Shown here: piece after piece, positions 10,374 through 19,514 of the stretch | How the letters are laid out: every line of letters starts with the position of its first letter | Position numbering within the stretch: the first letter of the stretch is position 1 | Program-made: the position numbers and the translations under genes | Notes under the pieces: generated by a model | The model's input: only the letters and a program-made list of their open reading frames with translations | Databases searched by the model: none | What the model was told of the DNA's origin: nothing | Origin: a virus | Taxonomy: Duplodnaviria; Caudoviricetes | Length of the DNA stretch: 61,978 bases | Direction: 5' to 3' (one strand) | Virus record (IMG/VR): IMGVR_UViG_3300033153_003306 | Span: 1-61,978 of that record

Positions 10374-13064
10374 TTATTCAGCAATTCTGGACAATACCCG
10401 ATTATTTAACACATTTAGACACAATTCACTAATTCTTTCGTATTCTGTATTTACATTAAAACTACCAGTAAATAGTGCTGATAGTTCTTTACCAAGTTCA
10501 TTAAATGTTGTTAGTAAAAAATCGAACACGGTATCATCATCTACCCCACGACTACCACCAGAATTATCAGTATCCCATAAATTTATAGTTATAGTATTTT
10601 TATCATTTGATAGGGTTATATTATTATCATTAATAGTAATATTCCAATTGTCTGCATGTTGTTGTCTGATATCATTTAGTACACGGTTCGTTATATCTGT
10701 TGTAAACTCCCTAATTGTTATACCATTTTCTACACGCTTTACATTTTCTTCATCATCTAACATACCTGAATCAATATCTTCCCAACCTTCTTGTAGTCCT
10801 ATATCAGTATATTCTTCAACAATTCTACGTACATCGTTATCTAACATTCTTATCAAACTATCACCAATAACATGATAATTATTACCGAAATCAAGATTAT
10901 CACCAACATAACTATCATATTCGTCATCGCTATCAATATAAACTTGTGCTAAAAAGTTAAAATTTCCATCAACAAAAGCCAATTCGTCAAGGGGTGATAA
11001 ACTCAATGGTCGTATTTTTACAACAACTTCATGGTTTGATAACTCTATATAATGCAAATTATTTACTTCTAAAAAGTTTCTATTCCAATCCTTAAAAAAT
11101 TCAGAACGTTCTAAATAATGACGAATCATTCTACTAGTGATTTGGTTTAGCATTTGTTTATTTGTGGTATGTGTTAGTGTTCTTCTTGGTTGTCCTTTTG
11201 GTATAATTTGTTCTTCATCATCTAATGCGTCACTATCAATATCTTCCCACGCTTCGCTAAGTTCAAACAATTTTCTCATCACTTTTAAATAAAATCTACG
11301 ATATATACCAAATATACTATCTAATGGTGAGTCAGAAGACCAATGTTCATTACCATTAACAAACGTAACTCTATTATTAATTTTTATTCTTCCAAAAAAT
11401 TGGTAAACCCCTTCTGATGCTAAACTATCATCGTGTAAATTTAAATCATCTGTTACCCAAGGTTCGATAATTATTTTATCTTTACCATTAATAAATGTAA
11501 CAATATGTGGGTTCGCACTTTGAAGTCTTTCTTCTCTTGTTAAATGTTTCCAACCACTAGGAATTTTTGTTAGTATATTAAGTGGTTCACCTAAACCATC
11601 AACATAATTCTCTAATGTTTGTTGTCCTGGTGTTGTAATATTTTCTTCATCATCTAACTTAGCTGAATCAATATCTTCCCAACCTTCACTTATTTGTTTT
11701 TTAGCATTATTTAGTACTCTGGTTAATAACTGGCTAAATATTTTGTGATTTTCACCAACTGCACCACCAGTATTACATCTTTTACTAAACAATCCATTAC
11801 CATAATGCACATCATCTTTTAATAAAGCTGAATAGAAATGATAATCCATAACCCCTGTATATTCAGCACTTAAAGGATTAACAGTTTGATTAATAGGTAA
11901 TGCGGAGAAGAATATTTCCCATCCATCCTTACGTAAATATAAAAATCTTCTACTGCTTGTATTATAAGTGGGGGTATTCCAATTATATTCTACTTCCCAA
12001 CCATTCATACTTGGCGCATCTATCCAACTTCTATTAATAGCACCATTGATGTTACGCATTATTAGACCTAACATATCGTCATTAGTGAATACTTTTTCAG
12101 GTTTTTTGTTTGATTTATCTTCTTCATCATCTAACTTAGCTGAATCAATATCATCCCAACCTTCATATACACTCCCTGTAATATGTGTTTTATTAAACAT
12201 TTTCCCTAAGTGATGTACACCCATATCACTTTCCATTTTTTCTATAAACTCGTCAACAGTGCGACAAGACATATATGCCCCGAAAAAAGTAGCGCTATTG
12301 TCTTCATGTTTTTTATAAACCTTTGGTACTACACGATTTGCACTACTACCTTCATCTATAAATATTTGTATGTGTATTTTATATTTAGGGTGGCTCCACA
12401 CCATTTTGTTATCACCGATGTAATTAACAACCCATCCATCAATAGCCCATTTACCACTAACAGATTTAATATGCTTTATTATGTTTTCACGCGTAATGTT
12501 TGGAAGTGTTTTACTTTCTTCATCATCTAACTTAGCTGAATCAATATCTTCCCACGCTTCATTTAATGGTATTTTATAACCATTATCAATAAAATTGAGG
12601 TATCTTCTAGTAACATTAGTCATAACTACTCTCATTAGGGATAAATATAGCTCTGATTGTGCCCTGGTATTATCATATTTTTGAAATGGTATTACTCGTT
12701 CACCATATATAGAGTCAACATATGCTTTATCATCTTCTACCCCCATTGTAGTTTTTGCTTTTATTAACATTTTTTCTTCACTACCATAAAAAGGTATTGT
12801 TTCAAATATTAAATTTTTATCCCAATCCCACCAAGTAATATATAATTTTTTGGACGTATCTAAATTGGTAATTTGAAAATCTATGTTTTTAAATAGGGGG
12901 TCTTTTTTTCTATCTATAGCGACAGTGGTTGCAAACTTCTTTGCATAGTCGTATAATAGGTTGGGGTTCTGTTCTTCATCATCCAATGCAACTGAATCAA
13001 TATGATGAACATGCTCTTCTTCTAATATATATTCTTGATATATTTCATCTATTTGTTTTGTCAA
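10374..13064 (-). CDS. Tag-domain polyprotein (6 units, 896 aa)
   Basis: Five canonical and one degenerate WEDIDSxxLDDEE tags spaced ~130-155 aa apart; GGAGG RBS before a TTG start. Confidence 0.8.
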   Translation of the reverse strand: MTKQIDEIYQEYILEEEHVHHIDSVALDDEEQNPNLLYDYAKKFATTVAIDRKKDPLFKNIDFQITNLDTSKKLYITWWDWDKNLIFETIPFYGSEEKMLIKAKTTMGVEDDKAYVDSIYGERVIPFQKYDNTRAQSELYLSLMRVVMTNVTRRYLNFIDNGYKIPLNEAWEDIDSAKLDDEESKTLPNITRENIIKHIKSVSGKWAIDGWVVNYIGDNKMVWSHPKYKIHIQIFIDEGSSANRVVPKVYKKHEDNSATFFGAYMSCRTVDEFIEKMESDMGVHHLGKMFNKTHITGSVYEGWDDIDSAKLDDEEDKSNKKPEKVFTNDDMLGLIMRNINGAINRSWIDAPSMNGWEVEYNWNTPTYNTSSRRFLYLRKDGWEIFFSALPINQTVNPLSAEYTGVMDYHFYSALLKDDVHYGNGLFSKRCNTGGAVGENHKIFSQLLTRVLNNAKKQISEGWEDIDSAKLDDEENITTPGQQTLENYVDGLGEPLNILTKIPSGWKHLTREERLQSANPHIVTFINGKDKIIIEPWVTDDLNLHDDSLASEGVYQFFGRIKINNRVTFVNGNEHWSSDSPLDSIFGIYRRFYLKVMRKLFELSEAWEDIDSDALDDEEQIIPKGQPRRTLTHTTNKQMLNQITSRMIRHYLERSEFFKDWNRNFLEVNNLHYIELSNHEVVVKIRPLSLSPLDELAFVDGNFNFLAQVYIDSDDEYDSYVGDNLDFGNNYHVIGDSLIRMLDNDVRRIVEEYTDIGLQEGWEDIDSGMLDDEENVKRVENGITIREFTTDITNRVLNDIRQQHADNWNITINDNNITLSNDKNTITINLWDTDNSGGSRGVDDDTVFDFLLTTFNELGKELSALFTGSFNVNTEYERISELCLNVLNNRVLSRIAE

Positions 13065-13077
13065 TCGACAATCCTCC

Positions 13078-14025
13078 TTAATCTAGTGAATCATCGTCTT
13101 CTAATATTGGAGTAAGTCCTTCTTGCACACAACTAATAAAATAATTCACATCTAAATCTTTTGGTTTTTTTGGGTCGAAATCTGGTTCGTATGGTATGAT
13201 TCTTTCTTCTAATATTTGTTTTCTATCTCTACGAGTTTTCACAACTCTTATATTTAAAGCACCTTCATAGAATATTGTAATTTTATATTTCCAATTACTA
13301 ACTCTTGAACCTCTTCTGCCTTCTTCATCACTAATTCTCCAAAGTGCTAAACTTGGATACATATTACTTCCATATCCTGAACGAATTTGCTTATATGTAA
13401 ATCTTTGTTTTACACCCTTAACAACATAGTAAGCATTACGACTCATTACTTTATTAGAGATTGTTGCTCTCATTTGTTCTTTATCTGCGAATGTATATAG
13501 TTTATGTCCTAATTCTTTGCTTTCTTCTTTATCTATATCACTATGGTCTAATTTATCCCAACTTCTTTCTTCGTTGATAGTAGGGTTATTAAGTGGGTCA
13601 AATTCTTTTAGTTTCTGACGAATACTACCCAATGATAGTTCATGTATTATTGTTCCTATTAGTCGTTCATAGTCTGCATCAGCATCCCACGTTGCATCAA
13701 ATGGTATAGTGTATTCGTCTAAAAGGTCACCACCACGTGCAATAGCACATACAATACCATGTGCTCCTTCCCAAAAAGGTGTAGTATATATTAATATCTC
13801 TGATTTAGGGTTTGACCATTCCCAAGCACCCGCAAAACTTAATTCTAAACTCCATCCATTAATTTCGTGATTTCTTAGTCTATCGTTTAGTTCCCAACCA
13901 TATCTGTATAATTCTTTTGGTCCATCTGTTTCTACATTTTCTTCATCATCTAATGCACTACCATCGATATCATCCCAAGCTTCATTAACTATATCATTAT
14001 ATTCATCTGTTATAAAAAATTTCAT
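13078..14025 (-). CDS. Tag-domain polyprotein (2 units)
   Basis: VNEAWDDIDGSALDDEE and degenerate INEERSWDKLDHSDIDKEE. Confidence 0.75.
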   Translation of the reverse strand: MKFFITDEYNDIVNEAWDDIDGSALDDEENVETDGPKELYRYGWELNDRLRNHEINGWSLELSFAGAWEWSNPKSEILIYTTPFWEGAHGIVCAIARGGDLLDEYTIPFDATWDADADYERLIGTIIHELSLGSIRQKLKEFDPLNNPTINEERSWDKLDHSDIDKEESKELGHKLYTFADKEQMRATISNKVMSRNAYYVVKGVKQRFTYKQIRSGYGSNMYPSLALWRISDEEGRRGSRVSNWKYKITIFYEGALNIRVVKTRRDRKQILEERIIPYEPDFDPKKPKDLDVNYFISCVQEGLTPILEDDDSLD

Positions 14026-14037
14026 TTTATATTCATC

Positions 14038-14562
14038 CTATGTTTTAGGTGTAAATTTATCATACTTCGACCTTAGTTGTTCGAGCTTACGTGTTATATC
14101 TTTAATATAATCGTCTATAGCTTCATCTTCTGTTACGTGCATAGCGAAATTAGACATGTTAAAATCACCAAGTTCTGTGTGTATCACATTACCATCAATA
14201 GTACAATCGTATTTAAACTTCCAATCTAATATCTTCTCGTATTTGTCACCAGGTTGTGGGTATATTAATTCTGTATTCATTTTAATAATTGCCACATGGT
14301 TTGTGTGTCTAATAGGTACATTAACATATAATGTTCTTTTTGAATTAGTAATTATGCCTTGCATCTCAGGCATGTAATGTATCTCACACCATGTAGGCAC
14401 TTTATTATTTTCGTGTATTCGTGTGTGTATTGCATGTACTATATTTTCTAATTGTACTTCACAAGATGGACTGTTAAAACTATCTTCTTCTTCGACACTC
14501 CAATCAACAACCCCATCGGCTTCTGATAATAATTGTTTATAAATATCATTTATTTTGCTCAT
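14038..14562 (-). CDS. Hypothetical protein with IYKQLLSE leader and acidic Trp-containing segment (possible distant tag-family member)
   Basis: LLSEADGVVDWSVEEEDS. Confidence 0.55.
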   Translation of the reverse strand: MSKINDIYKQLLSEADGVVDWSVEEEDSFNSPSCEVQLENIVHAIHTRIHENNKVPTWCEIHYMPEMQGIITNSKRTLYVNVPIRHTNHVAIIKMNTELIYPQPGDKYEKILDWKFKYDCTIDGNVIHTELGDFNMSNFAMHVTEDEAIDDYIKDITRKLEQLRSKYDKFTPKT

Positions 14563-14571
14563 GTTTTATCC

Positions 14572-15246
14572 TTATATTTTAAACGCCATATCATTAAAGT
14601 CGTTCTTTACATAACAGTTAGTTCCTGACATGTGTTGAAACTCTAATACATATTGAAGTTCTTTACTTCTTAATGAATGTTTGTATCTGTCACCTTTTGA
14701 AATGTTTTGAATAATATTAACACTTTCAGGGTTATGGCATTCAACAATGTAATGGTTCTTCATAGGGTTAAACACTATTTCGTTTTCATATACTTTACCT
14801 GTTTTGTCGTGATTAACTAATAAGAACTCATTTTTCTTTTGTTCTATAATGAATGTCTTATATTCTCTTCTACCCATAGCATAATGTTCTTTAATAGCAC
14901 CTTGGTCTTTGGCTTCTATCTTTGGAAATATACTAAAGAATTCAGTAGACTTTTGACTATCTACAATTCCTGTCTGATTAAAGATTTCATCAGCATCTTT
15001 CATACTTCTAACATATTCAGCACCACTATCTCTTCTAGTGAAGTTTTGTTCGTGGTCATACTCTTCTACATCGTCTGTATATCTTTTCTTCGTCTTTTTC
15101 ACTACTGCTTTACCAGGAATATTCTTAACATCATCATAAGCATTAGGTGATACAGTTGCTTCTTCTTTTTCTTTCTTCTTCTTATCACATTCTAATAGAC
15201 CTTCTGGGTATTTGTCTTTAATGTGAAGTATATCTTTCATTTTCAT
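14572..15246 (-). CDS. Hypothetical late protein
   Basis: ORF track; AAGGA RBS; TATAAATA at 15282-15289. Confidence 0.55.
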   Translation of the reverse strand: MKMKDILHIKDKYPEGLLECDKKKKEKEEATVSPNAYDDVKNIPGKAVVKKTKKRYTDDVEEYDHEQNFTRRDSGAEYVRSMKDADEIFNQTGIVDSQKSTEFFSIFPKIEAKDQGAIKEHYAMGRREYKTFIIEQKKNEFLLVNHDKTGKVYENEIVFNPMKNHYIVECHNPESVNIIQNISKGDRYKHSLRSKELQYVLEFQHMSGTNCYVKNDFNDMAFKI

Positions 15247-15294
15247 GTTATATCCTTATTATTTTTATTTAATTATATAGTTATTTATAAAAAG

Positions 15295-16443
15295 TTACTT
15301 CCCTTTTTCACTACTATTAATAACTTCTTTGGTATCATTATTAGTTTTTAACCACTCATAAGTATTATTATACATATTGTAAGTCATACTTGCTAATTCA
15401 CTTAGTGAAAGGTCGTGATTAGAATTATCAAAAGATTCTTCTTCTAATCCTTGGAATGTGAACATGACTGCTCTACTCAGGAAGTCGCCTTGTTTATTAT
15501 CAAGTGAATAGTTCTGCATTGAATCTAACTGTACATTATAGAATGTTTTAGTGTTTATCTTAAATTCGTTATAAGTAGATGGAACATGGTTGTTTAATAC
15601 TGGGTTATCATTATTACCTAGGTGATGCATTGACTTATACGATGTAATTCTAATTTGAAATTTGTTTTCTCTTGTATTATTAAAATATTTTGAATATTCT
15701 GCCATGTAATGTAAGAACCTATCAATATTACCTCTCATATCATATGTAAAGTTAATTGTAAGATGTGGGTCATAATGTTGGTTATTAATAAATGTTAAAT
15801 CTTGACCAAATCTACTAATGGTTGCTTTCTTTGATGTAAAGTTAGGAAACTGAACACTATCAACCATATAGTTTAATAGTATCTGATAGTTTTTAGGTTC
15901 TGTTATATCTGTATTATTAGTATAAGTGCCTCGTGCAGTCTCATTAGATGATTTTACAAAATTTACATCTCTACGAGATAACACATTATAATCTCTTGGT
16001 GTTAAATTTTCAGCAGGTACTTCGTTTCTTAAATTTACAGAATTATTAGTAGAATCAGAACCTTTTTTAGTTCTTATAAATTCCACGTAAAACCTATTGT
16101 TATTAACAAACTCATTATGGAATGTATTAATAAATATTTCTTTAGACATCATTGGAGTCATATGTGATAAGTCATCAGCATCATCAACATCAGGGTGATA
16201 ATTTGCTGATACACCGCCTCTCAAAAATAATCCATACGTAAAGTCTAAAGCATATTGAACCGCCGCACCAACAAGACCAGGTTGATATAGATTATTACTA
16301 TTCATTAAAGCTTTTCGTATTTCACTATCACCATAACCATATAAATAACCTTTAGTTTTTTCAGCTAAAGCTCTTGTCCAACTATGATGTGTTCTATCAT
16401 AATCATATCCAAATTGTGTTTTATCACTATTAAAAAATGCCAT
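15295..16443 (-). CDS. Baseplate tail-tube initiator, gp54/gp19-fold
   Basis: NRFYVEF...VDSVQFPN...LTINFTYD pattern; baseplate gene context. Confidence 0.55.
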   Translation of the reverse strand: MAFFNSDKTQFGYDYDRTHHSWTRALAEKTKGYLYGYGDSEIRKALMNSNNLYQPGLVGAAVQYALDFTYGLFLRGGVSANYHPDVDDADDLSHMTPMMSKEIFINTFHNEFVNNNRFYVEFIRTKKGSDSTNNSVNLRNEVPAENLTPRDYNVLSRRDVNFVKSSNETARGTYTNNTDITEPKNYQILLNYMVDSVQFPNFTSKKATISRFGQDLTFINNQHYDPHLTINFTYDMRGNIDRFLHYMAEYSKYFNNTRENKFQIRITSYKSMHHLGNNDNPVLNNHVPSTYNEFKINTKTFYNVQLDSMQNYSLDNKQGDFLSRAVMFTFQGLEEESFDNSNHDLSLSELASMTYNMYNNTYEWLKTNNDTKEVINSSEKGK

Positions 16444-16447
16444 ATTT

Positions 16448-16771
16448 TTATCCTATATTATTTTTAAGAACACAACCTAACCAAATACCTGCATTTGGAT
16501 TGATTCCGTCACTGTTATCGTTTAAGAACTGTACCCATACTTCATCATCAACATCAGGTATATCGCCTGTTCTATATAGTGAAGGAGCACAATGGTCTAC
16601 CCATATACCAAAGTCTTTCTTTTTAAACTTATCTTCTATATCATGTACACCAATAACTCTAACATACAATCTTTCTCTGGCTAAAGGGTCTTGGTTGTTT
16701 AATACTTTACCTATAAATATTCCATTTAAGGAAACATCAGTATATTCTATATCACTTTTCATTATTTCCAC
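16448..16771 (-). CDS. Baseplate hub gp5-like N-terminal OB-fold domain (stand-alone)
   Basis: FIGKVLNNQDPLARERLYVRVIGVHD...P.VDDEVWVQF. Confidence 0.75.
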   Translation of the reverse strand: MEIMKSDIEYTDVSLNGIFIGKVLNNQDPLARERLYVRVIGVHDIEDKFKKKDFGIWVDHCAPSLYRTGDIPDVDDEVWVQFLNDNSDGINPNAGIWLGCVLKNNIG

Positions 16772-18057
16772 TTAATTAAATTATTACTACTATACATATC
16801 ACTATTTATACCATCAGTTACAGCCATTATTTCTTGTAAGTAGGTTTTTGATGTAAACACGTGTTTAATACCACTAATCAAGAATTTTCCTGTATATACA
16901 TCATCGGGTACATGATATTCTTCGTTTTCAGTATTAACTGTTAATTGACTAGGTATGTCAATACTTATAATTTGACCAATTTTTCTATCAATATATCCTT
17001 CTACACTTATTCTAATTTCATACATATCAAGTAACATTCTATTCAATTTGGTATCCATATATCCTTGAAGGTACTCTTTACAATTACCACAAGGGCTAAT
17101 ATCTGTTGTGTTAGTTTCGTAATTACCCAACATTTCTTTATTTACACATAAGTATTCAGATAGTTTAGTACCCAAGTTCTTAGTATCAGTAATATTCTTT
17201 TCGTGTGTATCTACGGTATTACTTTCTAAATCAATATAACTATATGTAGACTTAAAGAAACCTTTATTAGCCATCTTCATATAATTAGGAACTTTCATAA
17301 ATTGCATTGTTATTACTTTGTTGAAGTTTCTATTAGATGAAAATAAACTATGATTTTCTTTTACTGTCTTATCTACAGGGGGTGGTATATATGTTTCCAT
17401 ATTATCGTATATGCCCAAAGCACCTTCAAATAAACTAGGTATTGTTACAAAGTTTAATGTTCCGTCTAAATTCTGAAAGAATAATACACCAGCTCTGTTA
17501 CCTTCTGCAACAACATAATCACTCATATCAGTTAAACTTTTCAATGGTGTCCATTTTGGTGTTGTGTAAGTAATTTTTTTAACATACTTTTCATAAAACT
17601 TTGGCTCTACACCAACTGTATTACATAAATCATTAGCAATTTGTTTAAATGTCTTATCGTGAAATGCCTTACTCACAGGGGTTGTATACGCGTTTAACAT
17701 ATTCCCAGCGGTAAAGTATACACAAACGTCACGATATGGCTTCTTTGATAGGTCTATCGGCATTTGAACGCTTTTATATACATCGAATGTATAATCATTA
17801 TAAAATGGTTGTATTGTATCATATAATTCATCAGCAGTCTTAGGTAACACAGGCTTTTCTATTGTTATTTCTAACTTATCACCCATCATAGGCATAACAT
17901 TCTGCCAAAAATCTCTATCTGTTATAGTAAGTTCCCCTATTATATGTGGTGTAAATATATTTTGTGATATAATCAGTTCACCAACTTCTATAATATCCAA
18001 TGGGTGTTCTGTACCATCACTTTTAATATATGTAACTTTTGTTAATACGTTAGACAT
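16762..18057 (-). CDS. Baseplate hub protein, gp27-like
   Basis: Size, position between gp53 and gp5-OB, and G....IGQII.I.IP...D..YTGKFLISGIKHVF C-terminus. Confidence 0.65.
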   Translation of the reverse strand: MSNVLTKVTYIKSDGTEHPLDIIEVGELIISQNIFTPHIIGELTITDRDFWQNVMPMMGDKLEITIEKPVLPKTADELYDTIQPFYNDYTFDVYKSVQMPIDLSKKPYRDVCVYFTAGNMLNAYTTPVSKAFHDKTFKQIANDLCNTVGVEPKFYEKYVKKITYTTPKWTPLKSLTDMSDYVVAEGNRAGVLFFQNLDGTLNFVTIPSLFEGALGIYDNMETYIPPPVDKTVKENHSLFSSNRNFNKVITMQFMKVPNYMKMANKGFFKSTYSYIDLESNTVDTHEKNITDTKNLGTKLSEYLCVNKEMLGNYETNTTDISPCGNCKEYLQGYMDTKLNRMLLDMYEIRISVEGYIDRKIGQIISIDIPSQLTVNTENEEYHVPDDVYTGKFLISGIKHVFTSKTYLQEIMAVTDGINSDMYSSNNLIKWK

Positions 18058-18544
18058 TGTTTGCTTTATCCTTTAATGCTTTAATATAGTTAGTAATGTA
18101 ATCAGGGTTTATTATTTTAATTTGTCTTTTCCTATTGTAATGTTCAAATAATAAGTCTTGGTATGTTCTTAGGTTATAGTAACCTTGACCATCACCATTA
18201 TCATCGGGTACATCATTGTTATATAATTCATCTGCTAATTCTAATATATCATTATCGTTTAATATCCAATCGAAAGGATTGTTTATTTCATTAACTAATA
18301 ATATAATCCACCAATAATTAGGGTTATTATATAAGTCAAGTGCTATTCTATCTAATCTGCTATCTCTTGGTACTACATAATCATCTAACCATTCTTCTTC
18401 TATTACAGTATTCCATCGTCTTACGTTACTTAACTCTGGCATTGTAATTTTATTAGTCTGATAGTAGTCGAATTTGATATCTTCATCATCTAAGTAATCA
18501 GTAAAGTTTATTTCATATGTTTTTAATAAATCAAAAAAGTGCAT
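18050..18544 (-). CDS. Baseplate wedge protein, gp53-like (LysM-like)
   Basis: RLDRIALDLYNNPNYWWIILLVNEINNPFDW. Confidence 0.8.
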   Translation of the reverse strand: MHFFDLLKTYEINFTDYLDDEDIKFDYYQTNKITMPELSNVRRWNTVIEEEWLDDYVVPRDSRLDRIALDLYNNPNYWWIILLVNEINNPFDWILNDNDILELADELYNNDVPDDNGDGQGYYNLRTYQDLLFEHYNRKRQIKIINPDYITNYIKALKDKANNV

Positions 18545-19503
18545 TATTTTCCCTTTATTTTATTGATTACAGTTGTTTGTTTGACTTCATTATGGTCAAT
18601 AACATCTAATATCTTTAAAGCTGCTTCAATTGTGCCATCATCATTTTCACCAACACCCGATACTGTAGGTTTAATAAGTGGGTGCATACTAGAAAATGAT
18701 AAACTTAAATCATAACCAATAGTATTACCATCTATATAGAATGGTATATCTTCCCTGCCATCGTGAACAATTGGTTTAATTTTAACACTTTTTAAATTAA
18801 GGTAGTAGTATTCATAAGTTAATGAAAGTGTCTTAGTTTTATTATTAGGTCTTGGTGTAACAATAGTTACATCGAAATTCATAGGTGATTTTAAATAAGG
18901 TACTATCTCACCAATCAAACTATTGGTTATTCTACCAGGCATCGCAGCATATTTAAATAATGTTGTAATCATTTTAATTTTCTTTGCTTCGTCAATATTA
19001 TTAGCTAATAATTTAAAATCAAAATCTTGTGTTATGAATGATGGTGATTGAAATACATCAACTAGTCTTGGGTCTTGCCAAAAACCAGAACCAATACCAA
19101 GTTGTTCTTTTCCAGTACCATAAATTTTTCCTAAACCTATAGCTTCAGTCAAACCATCAAGATATGTCCCCCCTACTGTATCTGCAATACCCAAAACAGC
19201 TTCAACAACCATTTTACTAGCTGCTGTAGTATCCCCTGTTACTGCTGTAGTTACCGCTAATGATTTTTTATTCGCATAAGTAGGTGAGTTACTATATGAT
19301 AATGATTTAGGAACATATGTTATAAAATGAAATTTATATTCTTTTGCTACATTTTTATTGTTATTAGCATCCCCAGATTTTTGTAATTTAAATTTGTATG
19401 GGTATGCGCTTATAATCATATACGGTGTATCTGGTGATGTTGTACTATTACCATCTCCATATATATCACTTGGGTATGTATAAATATTTGCATTCAATGC
19501 CAT
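18544..19503 (-). CDS. Baseplate tail-tube cap, gp48-like
   Basis: YTYPSD start, DP....F.SP.F....FDFKL...N.DEA..I..I...FK motif; follows the tape measure gene. Confidence 0.65.
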   Translation of the reverse strand: MALNANIYTYPSDIYGDGNSTTSPDTPYMIISAYPYKFKLQKSGDANNNKNVAKEYKFHFITYVPKSLSYSNSPTYANKKSLAVTTAVTGDTTAASKMVVEAVLGIADTVGGTYLDGLTEAIGLGKIYGTGKEQLGIGSGFWQDPRLVDVFQSPSFITQDFDFKLLANNIDEAKKIKMITTLFKYAAMPGRITNSLIGEIVPYLKSPMNFDVTIVTPRPNNKTKTLSLTYEYYYLNLKSVKIKPIVHDGREDIPFYIDGNTIGYDLSLSFSSMHPLIKPTVSGVGENDDGTIEAALKILDVIDHNEVKQTTVINKIKGK

Positions 19504-19514
19504 TTAATTCTCCT

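Noticed and set aside
7537-13983. CRISPR-like array suggested by regularly recurring ~45-bp repeats
   Set aside because: Spacers are ~350-450 bp, the repeats are in-frame coding sequence with codon-type variation, and no cas genes are present
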